A stretch of 64,000 nt of DNA from Aquabacterium sp. (GCA_046299355.1 JBKBIO010000011.1:56948-120947), one strand, 5' to 3'; positions 51,201 to 60,352 are shown, numbered from the stretch's first letter. The notes: generated by a model from the sequence alone, not told the origin. Made by a program: numbers and translations.

Positions 51201-52134
51201 CGGCACCTGGGTCGTGGCGGTCACCTCTGGTATCAATAACAGCACGGGCGACGGCAAGGGGCACCTGTACTTGATCAACGCGGCCACGGGCGCATTGGTC
51301 CTGGACCTGGCAACCACAGAGGGCTCTGCATCCACCCCCAGCAACTTGACTCAGTTGAACGTTTGGGTGGATGACGACACGAACAACACCGCCTTGCGTT
51401 TCTACGGTGGCGACATGATGGGCAATCTGTGGCGCTTTGATACCGATGCAAGGTACGGCTCGGCTGCCTCTGTCATGAAGTTGGCCCAACTGCGCACGGG
51501 TGGCACGACGGCACAACCTATCACGACACGCCCTGTGACGATCGAGATCTTTGGCAAGCCCGTGGTCGTTGTCGCCACCGGTCGATACTTGGGTGACACC
51601 GATGTCACGGACACCAATGTTCAAAGCATCTACGCGATTCGTGATCCATTGACAGACGTCGGTTGGGGGGATGTCCAGGCCAACCCAGCCAAGTTCACCC
51701 AACAAACCATGACGGTGTCTGGCACGAAGGCCTCCATCACATCCAACGCCGTTGACTGGAATAATGGTGGCTGGTGGGTAGACCTTCCGAACAGTGGTGA
51801 ACGCGTTTTCGTAGACATGGATCTGCAACTCAACACGCTCGCCATCAGCACCGCCATTCCGAACAATAATCCTTGTGCTTCAGGCGGCAGCTCATGGTTG
51901 TACTTCTTGAACGCAGCAACGGGAAGCAAGGTCAGCAGCGCCTCGGAAGCGGGCAACCGCTTCAGCCCTGACACCTTGATCGTTGGCGCCAACTTCGTGA
52001 AGGATGCGACGGGCAACCTGAGACTGATCACGCAAGATAACAAAGGCAAAATTACGACCGATAACGACATGGAAACGCCCCCCCCCACGTCGGCGACCGC
52101 CCATCGGACATCGTGGAGAGAATTGGTGGACTGA
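48268..52134 (+). CDS. pilY1: PilY1/PilC type IV pilus tip adhesin
   Basis: Signal peptide, vWA-like FILDDSGSM, TPLRGAL, STDG; C-terminal propeller ANDGMLHAF, YFVDG, RTSWREL. Confidence 0.95.
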   Translation: MNRNHNFFARNTRARALSVSLCLAVTAWTMSASMSFAGEASLADQPLATAAAVQPKPNLLFILDDSGSMDSDYMPDNMSNSGRFGYWSAQCNGVAFDPDEKYPLPLKADKTAYPNVSFTNAPDDGYNSSSSKVDLTESFYYVYTGTQPKMSWSYNFAGVETTTPFYQECMTSISSGSTVFTRVNLKTQSSEVQQKYANWYSYYRKRYLLMRTAMGQALSKLDDTYRVGLSTISDTQAIDGTKYFRDVKDFTGTQRSNVYTSLYSAPPSSWTPLRGALSKAGRYFAKKAPGQTYDPMQYACQRNYALLSTDGYWNTNIETSSYGPYVVDSNTSVGQQDGTEARPMQDSSSTVTTRVTNYTAIALRDRTSNTQTRTRNWSRVMTTYTAGTGSCSGKFFKRTFNQTSDLPQKQTQYFVTPQQSTYSYSVTDLLINGLLSESTTSSTTMGSWTTKSGASTSTIGTDTGTPTAFTTSGSFTSSTCVTSSSATSYSTPTAGSWSSWSPSSLTYTESTPVVGAYTAGTPSQSTVTMGGVANTLADVAQYYWANDLRKESYNNCKSTSSGVERDVCADVLTPVGVDTNKAQHMATYTIGLGTNGTLTYDPNYPTQTSGDFADLIAGRKIWPEPGNGKGAENIDDLWHAAVNGRGRYFSAMSASGLSDAINSVFNSVKAEAGAAAAAATTSLELISGDNNKLFSASYTTQEWTGDLKAYVLNGTTGVLSTTAAWSAKTALDARVNSLTHTDRKIYFNSGSVLTPFLFSNLSTTQKGYFNNLCASSSLSQCSKLTTDEKTIANSGDKLVNYLRGDRSYEIGNTDGAFRKRTSVMGDIINGAPVYVGKPPFKYADTGYADFVTAQASRKPVVYIAANDGMLHAFSAGDSDGGTELWAFVPSAVMSNMYRLAEEDYAGKHRYFVDGPPTVADVKIGGAWKTILVGGLNKGGKSYYALDVTNPESPRFLWEFTTANMGYTFSAPVVTKRQDGTWVVAVTSGINNSTGDGKGHLYLINAATGALVLDLATTEGSASTPSNLTQLNVWVDDDTNNTALRFYGGDMMGNLWRFDTDARYGSAASVMKLAQLRTGGTTAQPITTRPVTIEIFGKPVVVVATGRYLGDTDVTDTNVQSIYAIRDPLTDVGWGDVQANPAKFTQQTMTVSGTKASITSNAVDWNNGGWWVDLPNSGERVFVDMDLQLNTLAISTAIPNNNPCASGGSSWLYFLNAATGSKVSSASEAGNRFSPDTLIVGANFVKDATGNLRLITQDNKGKITTDNDMETPPPTSATAHRTSWRELVD

Positions 52135-52139
52135 TCCAC

Positions 52140-52811
52140 ATGCACAAGCGCGCATGGATGGTTTGTGCGGCACTGTCTTGTGCCGCACATGCTGTGACGA
52201 TCACCCTGTGGCCGTCGCAGCCCAAACGGCAGGTGCAGCCCCCGGTAGGCTCAACGCATGCGTGGCAGGCCCGCGCGATCGCGCCGACCCCACCCAATCG
52301 ACCAGAAGCAGTTGGCATGCCGCGACAGCATGTGGCGTTGACACCCCAAACTGAAGCGAACAAGTCCGCCACACCTCCACTAGACACCAATGTTGATCGG
52401 GCTCCTTTCGAGGACAACGTGGTTGCCCCCCCACCAGAGAGGCAGGACCAGACAAACCCCGTTGCTTGGCATACTTCGCACGGCGAGTACATCCCCCGCC
52501 CATTGTTAAGCGCCCCTCCCGCTCCAACGAGCACGGTTCTGATCAAAACGCCGCTCATCTCAGTTGAACCCCAGCGTGTCGTCGGCGTCTTGTCGCTGTA
52601 CATCAACGAATATGGCGCGGTGGATCACGTCGCCTCTACCGGAGATGAACTGCCACCAGCCTTTGAACAGGCCGCCATCGCTGCGTTTCAGCACATCACC
52701 TTCACCCCGGGCCAATTAGATGGCCAAGCGGTCAAGTCGCGCATCAAGGTGGAAGTGGTGTTTGACAACACCCCCTTGGAGCCACTGCCTCCAGGCTCAC
52801 CTCACCCCTAA
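52140..52811 (+). CDS. TonB-like protein (TM, Pro-rich linker, TonB_C)
   Basis: N-terminal TM with S-x3-H (SCAAH); Pro-rich spacer; L.INEYG.VD.V..FEQAA..AF....F.PG...GQAV..R..VEVVF. Confidence 0.78.
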   Translation: MHKRAWMVCAALSCAAHAVTITLWPSQPKRQVQPPVGSTHAWQARAIAPTPPNRPEAVGMPRQHVALTPQTEANKSATPPLDTNVDRAPFEDNVVAPPPERQDQTNPVAWHTSHGEYIPRPLLSAPPAPTSTVLIKTPLISVEPQRVVGVLSLYINEYGAVDHVASTGDELPPAFEQAAIAAFQHITFTPGQLDGQAVKSRIKVEVVFDNTPLEPLPPGSPHP

Positions 52812-52820
52812 GTCTCGCCC

Positions 52821-54113
52821 TCAAATCGTCGGCACAGATTCCTGCCGCGTCAGGGCCTCATCCAGCATCTCAATCCAATGCTTGACCGGCACGTTCGTGC
52901 CGCTTTGCAAATGCACGATGCAACCAATGTTGGCGGAGGCAATCACATGGGGATCGGTCTCATCCAAAGCCCGTAGCTTGTCATCACGCAACTGGATGGC
53001 CATCTCCGGCTGGGTCAAGCTATATGCCCCTCCGGCGCCACAGCACTGATGGCTGTCACGCTTGGCAAGGTGCACCTCAAACCCCAATTCACGCAAACCC
53101 AATTCGATGGGCCCCGGCTGCGCGGCGCTGCTGAGCTTGTGCACATGGCTCAAGCTGCAGGGGGGATGAAAAGTCATGGTCCCCAAGGACCCTTCAGGGC
53201 GCCGACCTAACCGGCGCTTCAACAGTGGCAGCCATTGGGGCAGCAACTCGCCCGGGTCTTTTGCCAACGCCGCGATGCGCTTGGCTTTGTCCGCATACTC
53301 AGGGTCATCAGCCAACAACTGACCATAGTCTTTGACCCAGGCCCCACATCCCGATGCATTGATCAAGATGGCCTCGACCGGCGCCTTGGAGATGACCCAA
53401 GGCCACCAGGCATCGATGTTGGTGCGCGCGCGCGCCTTGGCGCCGTCGAGGTCGCCCATGTGGCCTTGAAGTGCCCCGCAACAACCCGATTTGCGCGACA
53501 CACCTGCGCGAATACCCAAACTGTCGAGCACCCGGGCCGTGGCCACATCGATGTGGGGTCGCAGACCACGTTGCACACAACTCTTGAGCAACAGCACTTG
53601 GCGCGCGTGCATGCCTTTCTTGCGGTCGGGCCAAGCGGGTGGCGCAAACGGGGGCCGCAGCGGTACTCGCTCTTGCCAGGCTTTCGGCAGCATCGGGCGC
53701 ACCCAGCGACCGACGACCAATGCAGGAACAAACCAAGCGGATGGCACGACTTTTCGGATCGCCCATCGCAAGGCCTTTTCTTTCCACGGACGCTCGACCT
53801 GGGCATCCACCGCGGCCTGGCCCACCGCCAGCAGCTCGTGATACTGCACGCCCGATGGGCAGGTACTTTCACAGTGGCGGCACCCCACGCAGGCATCCAG
53901 GTGTTGCTGAGTGGTCCGCGTCGGCGCTTGTCCCTCGAACACCTGCTTCATCAAGTAGATGCGGCCCCGAGGCCCATCGAGTTCATTGCCAGTTTGCTTG
54001 TAGGTCGGGCAGGTCGCATTGCAAAAGCCGCAATGGACACACTGACGCAACACGGCCTCCGCTTGATGACCCGCGGTCGTGCCTTCGTATTGGGGAGCAA
54101 GCTGCGTTTGCAT
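52821..54113 (-). CDS. glcF: Glycolate oxidase iron-sulfur subunit
   Basis: CVHCGFCNATC, ELDGPRGRI, CVGCRHCESTC, CCG domains, ANIGC. Confidence 0.93.
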   Translation of the reverse strand: MQTQLAPQYEGTTAGHQAEAVLRQCVHCGFCNATCPTYKQTGNELDGPRGRIYLMKQVFEGQAPTRTTQQHLDACVGCRHCESTCPSGVQYHELLAVGQAAVDAQVERPWKEKALRWAIRKVVPSAWFVPALVVGRWVRPMLPKAWQERVPLRPPFAPPAWPDRKKGMHARQVLLLKSCVQRGLRPHIDVATARVLDSLGIRAGVSRKSGCCGALQGHMGDLDGAKARARTNIDAWWPWVISKAPVEAILINASGCGAWVKDYGQLLADDPEYADKAKRIAALAKDPGELLPQWLPLLKRRLGRRPEGSLGTMTFHPPCSLSHVHKLSSAAQPGPIELGLRELGFEVHLAKRDSHQCCGAGGAYSLTQPEMAIQLRDDKLRALDETDPHVIASANIGCIVHLQSGTNVPVKHWIEMLDEALTRQESVPTI

Positions 54114-54134
54114 GGTTCAGATAGGCTGGTCAAG

Positions 54135-55331
54135 TCAGGCGTCAGCCGACGCGGCATCCGGCGAAGCATGGGGCGACACGTTCTGCGACAGGGCCCATTT
54201 CCGGCTGGGCAAGAACACCCCGGCAGGATCAAAAGCCTGTTGTACGCGGGCCTGCAAATCCGCCATCACAACAGACACTTCACTGGCTTCGTGCATGGGT
54301 CGAATCTGCGCACTGACAAACGGAATGGCGTGCCCACCTGCTTTGGCGGCCAACTCATGAATGGTGTCCGCTGGGGCAGATGTGCACACCCACCGTTGCG
54401 CGCCAAACCATTCATGCATGACCTCCCCCGGCAAGCCCAAAGGCACTGCCGTGGCCGGCAAAGCAAAGCGCCACAAGGTGATGCCATGCGCGCCACCCTT
54501 GTCCACCGCTACACGCGCCCGCTCAAAGAATTCATCCGAGTGGTCGCGCACACCTTGCCAGAAGCGTTCCGCCAAGGGGGGCGCAATCAGCTCGCCGCCG
54601 CGCTCTTTGTACATGCGCTGCACGGCGCTGGACACGGCCGCACGCGCCCCGCGCAAACGCAAGACCAACATGCCATCCCACCATGCCGACGCATCCAGGG
54701 GAATCGGCTGCCCGGCCCATTGATTGACTTGTGCGAGGGCTTCAGCCTCATTCATCTCAATTCGCAAGGTGGCTGTCGACACGGGTTGCGGCATCACCTT
54801 CAAGGTCACATCCAGCAAGACACCCAAAGTGCCCATGGAACCGGCCATCAAGCGAGACACATCAAACCCGGCCACATTCTTCATCACCGCGCCGCCAAAG
54901 CGCAGGACTTCACCTCGGCCATTGAGCACGGTGCAGCCCAACACATGGTCACGCACGGCACCACGGCTGATGCGCCCCGGGCCACTCAAGCCCGCAGCAA
55001 CCACGCCACCGATGGTGGTGGCGGCCCCCGCTAGCCAGTTGTATCTGGGAGGCTCAAACGCCAAGTACTGGCCTTTGCTGGCCAATACGGCTTCCACCTC
55101 ACTCAAGGGCGTACCTGCACGCACCCGAATCACCAGCTCACTGGGTTCGTAGGACTCGAGGCCCCGCCAATCACTGGTCTGCAAGACTTGATCTGCGCCA
55201 CGAGGATCACCCAAAAAGTCTTTGGTGCCCCCCCCACGAATGCGCAAGCGCTGACCATCCGCAGCGCAAGCGCGGATCTGATCAGCCCATTGTCCCCATA
55301 ATGCTTCTTGATTTGTGATCGACTCAGCCAT
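54135..55331 (-). CDS. glcE: Glycolate oxidase FAD-binding subunit
   Basis: GGGTK, YEPSELV, FEPP, GG.VMKNVAGFDVSRL. Confidence 0.93.
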   Translation of the reverse strand: MAESITNQEALWGQWADQIRACAADGQRLRIRGGGTKDFLGDPRGADQVLQTSDWRGLESYEPSELVIRVRAGTPLSEVEAVLASKGQYLAFEPPRYNWLAGAATTIGGVVAAGLSGPGRISRGAVRDHVLGCTVLNGRGEVLRFGGAVMKNVAGFDVSRLMAGSMGTLGVLLDVTLKVMPQPVSTATLRIEMNEAEALAQVNQWAGQPIPLDASAWWDGMLVLRLRGARAAVSSAVQRMYKERGGELIAPPLAERFWQGVRDHSDEFFERARVAVDKGGAHGITLWRFALPATAVPLGLPGEVMHEWFGAQRWVCTSAPADTIHELAAKAGGHAIPFVSAQIRPMHEASEVSVVMADLQARVQQAFDPAGVFLPSRKWALSQNVSPHASPDAASADA

Positions 55332-55378
55332 CTTGGCTTGTTCACCCTGACAGACAGATCCTCTAGGATACCCCTGAT

Positions 55379-56227
55379 ATGAAAGTTGCTGCCCTGCAGA
55401 TGGTCTCTACCCCTCGGGTGGAGGAAAACGTTGCCGAAGCCCGACGCCTGATCGCCTCGGCTGCGTCGCAGGGCGCAGAGCTGGTGGCCCTGCCAGAGTA
55501 TTTTTGCCTGATGGGCCATCGCGATGCGGACAAGCTCGCCATCGCCGAACCCCTGGCCGACGCCCACCTGCCGGATCCACACACTTGCCCCCTACAGGCC
55601 ATGCTGGCACGCGAGGCGAAAGCCCACGGCGTTTGGGTCATTGGGGGCACTTTGCCCATTCGCAGCCACGAGGCACAACGGGTCTTCAACACCATTTTGG
55701 TGTTCAACCCACAAGGCGAGCGGGTCGCGCGCTACGACAAGATTCACCTGTTCTGCTTTGACGACGGCCAACGCGCCTACAACGAGGCCGAAACACTCAC
55801 CCCGGGTCACACGCCGGTGGCGTTTGATCTGACCGATCGCGCCGGGTCATCCTGGCGGGTGGGTTTGAGCGTGTGCTACGACTTGCGCTTCCCTGAGCTC
55901 TTCCGCAAATTGGGCGAAAGCGCACCGCTCGATTTGATCGTGTTGCCTGCGGCGTTCACTTACCCCACCGGTTTGGCGCATTGGGAGTTGCTATTGCGCG
56001 CACGCGCGGTCGAAAACCTGTGCCACGTGCTGGCCCCTGGGCAAGGTGGCGAACACGAAAACGGGCGACGCACCTTCGGCCATTCTTTGGTCATTGGCCC
56101 GTGGGGGGAAGTATTGGCCTGTCAACCAGAAGGATCAGGCATCGTCATGGGCGAGATGAGCCGTGCGCGACAAAACGAAGTTCGCCAGCAACTACCGGCC
56201 TTGCAACACCGCGTCATCGGCGTTTAA
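55379..56227 (+). CDS. Carbon-nitrogen hydrolase (Nit1-like amidase)
   Basis: LPEYF, YDKIHLF, CYDLRFPELFR, RARAVEN. Confidence 0.93.
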   Translation: MKVAALQMVSTPRVEENVAEARRLIASAASQGAELVALPEYFCLMGHRDADKLAIAEPLADAHLPDPHTCPLQAMLAREAKAHGVWVIGGTLPIRSHEAQRVFNTILVFNPQGERVARYDKIHLFCFDDGQRAYNEAETLTPGHTPVAFDLTDRAGSSWRVGLSVCYDLRFPELFRKLGESAPLDLIVLPAAFTYPTGLAHWELLLRARAVENLCHVLAPGQGGEHENGRRTFGHSLVIGPWGEVLACQPEGSGIVMGEMSRARQNEVRQQLPALQHRVIGV

Positions 56228-56260
56228 GCCACCCGGCGGGGCCTCAACGGCCTCTCACGA

Positions 56261-56626
56261 TCACAGGTTGGTCAAGGGGCCACCCGAATCATCCAGCCCT
56301 TCGGTGCCGGGCAAAGGTTGATCCCCAAACAGTTTGAGGGAGTGGCCGTGCATGCCTTCGCGAAAGTGTTTGCGCTCGAAAAGCTTGGCCTGTGCTTCGG
56401 CGGGCAGATCGGTCACTCGCAACACATTGCGCTGAATGAGCACGTCAATCAAATCCTCGAGCACGCGGACCAGATTGGCGTCCATCGCCGCGAACGTTTG
56501 CGCCTCGTCGGCCTCCAAGAAGGCTTGCACGTCAGGATGCGACAGCGGCAAGGCCTCAGCCCCTGGCACCGGATCTCGGTGCAGGCTCACGATGCGACCA
56601 TCAAGGTCTCGCTGAACATAACGCAT
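56261..56626 (-). CDS. Conserved small protein (family often mislabelled 'tryptophan synthase beta-like')
   Basis: YVQRD..GRI..., HPDV.AFL, D..LVRVLEDLIDVLI...V...TDLP..AQ.KL..R pattern recognised from memory. Confidence 0.7.
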   Translation of the reverse strand: MRYVQRDLDGRIVSLHRDPVPGAEALPLSHPDVQAFLEADEAQTFAAMDANLVRVLEDLIDVLIQRNVLRVTDLPAEAQAKLFERKHFREGMHGHSLKLFGDQPLPGTEGLDDSGGPLTNL

Positions 56627-56716
56627 GGTGGTGCTCAATAGGACAAGGCTTGGAGGTTTATCGTCCACCGAGGGGATCGACTTGAGCCCCGCCCTATGAA
56701 CACCTGCGACCCGTGG

Positions 56717-58072
56717 TCACAGCTGACCGTAAGAATGCAAGCCCGACAGGAACATGTTCACGCCCAAGAAAGCAAAGGTCGTGACCACAAGGCCCACCAG
56801 CGCCCACCAAGCGGCAAACACCCCACGCAAGCCCTTCATGAGGCGCATGTGCAACCAGGCCGCGTAGTTCAACCACACGATCAAAGCCCAGGTTTCCTTG
56901 GGGTCCCAGCTCCAATATCCACCCCAGGCTTCAGCCGCCCAGAATGCGCCCAAGATGGTAGCAATCGTGAAGAAAGCAAAGCCCAAAGCGATGGCTTTGT
57001 ACATCACGTCGTCGGACACCTCTGGCTTAGGCGTGAGCGGATTGATCCAATTGCGACCCAGAATCATCAGCACAAAGATCACCAGCAAGACCGCAATCAA
57101 GCGCCCTGCTTTGATCACGCCACCCAGCGTCTCAGGAGACAAATTGGCAAACAAACCAAAACCGAGCAAAGGCAAGGCGATGAACACTGTGGGCAAGCCC
57201 ACCAATCCGATCCACAAATTGCGCGGGGTTTCACACTTGATCAGATAGGCCAAGGCCACCATCGCCGACAGCGCAAAGGTACCGTAGCCCACAAAGTTGG
57301 CGGGCACATGGATCTTCATCCACCAGCTCTGCAAGGCTGGCACCAAAGGTTGAATCTCGTGCGCACCGCGGACCAGGGCGTACCAGAGCAGGAACGCCAC
57401 CGAGGCGCTGACCACCAGCATCACAAACGCGCCCAAAGCCCCGAGGGCCTGCCCCTGCTTGGCAAAGCGGTCTTCAAAGTAGAGCCAGAACAACGCCGTC
57501 ATCCAGGCAAACAGCACAAACACTTCGTACAGATTGCTCACGGGGATGTGGCCGATGTCTGGCGCAATCTGATGGCTTTCGAACCAACGCACCAGGGTGC
57601 CCACCAAGGCCATGAACACCCCACCCCAAGCCAGACGCGAACCCAGCTTGGCGGGCGTTTCCCGCCGCGTGATCACACCCAGCCAATACATCAAGGTGCT
57701 CATGAAGAACAGCACACTCATCCACAGAATGGCGCTCTGGCTCGACAAGATGTACTTCAACCAAAACACCTGCTCGCCCTGTGCCAGGTCGGCGCCGTGC
57801 GAGTCGGTGTGCCGCAGGTACAACTGCATCGCGATCCAAGTGGTGGCGCCCACCAAGGCCATCAAAGGCCGCAAGGGCTGCCACATCCACCCCAAAGCGA
57901 TCAAGGAGGGCACGGTGCAGATGAGGATCCCCAAGTCGTACTCATCCATCTTGGCGCCAAACGACTGGTACGCCCAACCACCGGCGAAGACCAGCAGCGC
58001 GGCAAACAACCAATCGGTCAACGGACGCCCCTGCAACTGCAGCACGGGCAAAGGAGTTGAACTTGTCGTCAT
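56717..58072 (-). CDS. ccsA: System II cytochrome c biogenesis protein CcsA/ResC
   Basis: P.SNLYE, LQSWWMKIHV, WAAEAWGGYWSWDPKETW, GLHSYG. Confidence 0.95.
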   Translation of the reverse strand: MTTSSTPLPVLQLQGRPLTDWLFAALLVFAGGWAYQSFGAKMDEYDLGILICTVPSLIALGWMWQPLRPLMALVGATTWIAMQLYLRHTDSHGADLAQGEQVFWLKYILSSQSAILWMSVLFFMSTLMYWLGVITRRETPAKLGSRLAWGGVFMALVGTLVRWFESHQIAPDIGHIPVSNLYEVFVLFAWMTALFWLYFEDRFAKQGQALGALGAFVMLVVSASVAFLLWYALVRGAHEIQPLVPALQSWWMKIHVPANFVGYGTFALSAMVALAYLIKCETPRNLWIGLVGLPTVFIALPLLGFGLFANLSPETLGGVIKAGRLIAVLLVIFVLMILGRNWINPLTPKPEVSDDVMYKAIALGFAFFTIATILGAFWAAEAWGGYWSWDPKETWALIVWLNYAAWLHMRLMKGLRGVFAAWWALVGLVVTTFAFLGVNMFLSGLHSYGQL

Positions 58073-58076
58073 CACA

Positions 58077-60257
58077 TCATCCTTGGTTCGGCAGCACCGC
58101 TGCACGAATCTGTTCAAAATCGCGATCCATGTCGAGCGTCTGACGGGTTGAAGACATCGCCATCTTGACGCGCGTACCGCCCTGCCCATCGTCCTGCAGC
58201 CAGACCCACAGGCGGCGTTCACGGATATAGAGCATCGCAAAAACGCCCACAATCAGCAGCACACAGCCCAGATAAACCACATTGCGCCCCGGGGTGCGCG
58301 TCACCTGGAACACGCTGGCTTGCTTTTGCTCGAAGCTGTCCAGGGTGAAGATGACCGGCACCGGATAAAACACCGCATCCGACAAGGACAACACCGACTG
58401 CGTCATGAACGCGCGCGCCGCATCATCGTCTGCACTCAAGGGCTTCAATCCCGCCCGCTCACGACTCAGATTGAGCAACTCGAACAAGGTTCCGTTCAAA
58501 ATGCGCACCAGGGTGGCTGACGCGTGCTCACGCTCGGCTGGCGGCACCACTGCTTCAATGAAGCTGGAAATCGCCATCAAACCACCGCTGGGCATCGAGG
58601 GATTGGGGTCTTGCCCGTCGGCATTTTTCGGTCGACGTGCGCCGGCAAACAAATCCAGCGCCCGTTGGGCCGATACCATCAGTTGCTCACGCACATCGGC
58701 GTGCTGCGAGGACGTCACGGCTGACGCAAAGCGACGGGCAGCCTCCATTCGAGCCGACTCATCCCCCAAGGCTTGCTTCAGGCGCAACCAGCCATTGAGT
58801 TGAAATTGATCATCGGCGGGCACGCGCAGGTATCGGAAGCCTTCAGCAGGCGTATCACGCACCCCCAGCAAAAACACGGCCTGCCCGTCCAGGTTCACGG
58901 GCACCATGTAGTTTTGGTACTCACGCGCCTGGCCTGCGGCGTCGCGCAGCTTGTAGGTCACCGAGGGGCCAATGTTGACCAGTCGCTTGTCACCGGGTGA
59001 CTTGGCGCCAGACCCCAAATGTTTACTCAACTCAGCCAGATTCACGCCGCGCACATCGGTAGCGCCCGACGCGCCCGCAGCAGGCGCCTTGGCTGACTGC
59101 GCTTGGGCGAGGTCTTCCACATTGATGACCCGCAAGCCTGTCACTTCCAGGCTCATCGGCCCCGCCAAAGTACCCCAAGCCTGCCCCGAGAGGGCCAACG
59201 CTTCCCCACCGACCACCGCATCCAAACTCGGCGAGGCGGTTGCGACGCTCGGCGTCAGGAACTGTGGCTTCAACTTCACCGCCGAGCCACCGTCTTCGAA
59301 GCTCGATTGAAAAATCGTGATGCCATCGTAGACCACAGGCTTGTTCACCTCGACCGTGTACGACTTCGGCTTGGCCTGACGAGGGTCGTGGATCACGATC
59401 TCGCTGGCAAAGCGCTTGGGCATGCCCGTTTCGTAATAATCGACCGTGAACTTGCGCAACTCAACGTCAAACGGCAGCGGCTGCAGCAACGAGCCTTTGT
59501 CCAGACTGATCACCGCCGCATTCGATCGGTCGCCTTCGGGCACAAACAACTGAGCGCGGTAGGCTGGATTGGCCTCACTCAAACGACTGCGTTCGGTGAT
59601 ATTGCCGCTGCGATAGGGCTGCAAACCTTGCGCCCAGGCCTGCACCTTCACGATCAAATCACCATCAAACAAGCCACCCAAACAAATCAGCACGATGGCA
59701 CCGTGGGCCGCGATGTAACCCAGTTTATTGGCGGCGCCATGGCGCGCACCGATCATCACACCGGCACCGCCCACCGCCTCTTCGCGACGCTGCGATTTCA
59801 TGGACCACCGCCCCAGCTTCAACGCCTCGGTGACCTGGTTCAGCGCTTGATCCAAAGGGGCATTCAAGGCCCCAGAGGCTTTGTGGTGAAAGGCATTGAG
59901 GGCCTGCTCACGGACATGCTCTTTGTGCGTGCGCCAGTCCACCAGGATCTTGGGGGTGTTGCGTGCGATGCACAAGCTGGTGGACACCACCAAAAACGCC
60001 AAAATCACCAAGAACCACGAGGTGCTGTAGATGCGGTACAGGCCGAGCGCGCCGAACACATCTGCCCAGAAGGGCCCGAACTGATCCACATAGTTGACCA
60101 GTGGTTCGCCTTGCTTGATGACCGTGCCGATGGCCGACACGATGCAGATCACAGTCAATAGCGCAATCGCAAAGCGCATCGATGACAGCAATTCATAAGT
60201 GCTCGCCCAGCGAGCTCGTTGCGGCACCAGGGGTACAGTGGCGTTATCAGCAGTCAT
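58077..60257 (-). CDS. resB: Cytochrome c biogenesis protein ResB/Ccs1
   Basis: SSMRFAIALL, GTVIKQ, GYIAAH, VN.P..Y.G..IFQSSF, PGRNVVYLG. Confidence 0.95.
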   Translation of the reverse strand: MTADNATVPLVPQRARWASTYELLSSMRFAIALLTVICIVSAIGTVIKQGEPLVNYVDQFGPFWADVFGALGLYRIYSTSWFLVILAFLVVSTSLCIARNTPKILVDWRTHKEHVREQALNAFHHKASGALNAPLDQALNQVTEALKLGRWSMKSQRREEAVGGAGVMIGARHGAANKLGYIAAHGAIVLICLGGLFDGDLIVKVQAWAQGLQPYRSGNITERSRLSEANPAYRAQLFVPEGDRSNAAVISLDKGSLLQPLPFDVELRKFTVDYYETGMPKRFASEIVIHDPRQAKPKSYTVEVNKPVVYDGITIFQSSFEDGGSAVKLKPQFLTPSVATASPSLDAVVGGEALALSGQAWGTLAGPMSLEVTGLRVINVEDLAQAQSAKAPAAGASGATDVRGVNLAELSKHLGSGAKSPGDKRLVNIGPSVTYKLRDAAGQAREYQNYMVPVNLDGQAVFLLGVRDTPAEGFRYLRVPADDQFQLNGWLRLKQALGDESARMEAARRFASAVTSSQHADVREQLMVSAQRALDLFAGARRPKNADGQDPNPSMPSGGLMAISSFIEAVVPPAEREHASATLVRILNGTLFELLNLSRERAGLKPLSADDDAARAFMTQSVLSLSDAVFYPVPVIFTLDSFEQKQASVFQVTRTPGRNVVYLGCVLLIVGVFAMLYIRERRLWVWLQDDGQGGTRVKMAMSSTRQTLDMDRDFEQIRAAVLPNQG

Positions 60258-60264
60258 GTCGGCA

Positions 60265-60298
60265 AATAAAAAAGCGGGCGCCCGATCAGGACACCCGC
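60265..60298 (-). terminator. Intrinsic terminator between cytochrome c4 and resB
   Basis: Minus-strand GCGGGUGUCC-UGAUC-GGGCGCCCGC followed by UUUUUUAUUU. Confidence 0.7.
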
Positions 60299-60352
60299 CT
60301 TGTTCATGGGGTGCCCGAGAAACTCAAGGCACGCCATCCAGAAAACAGACGA

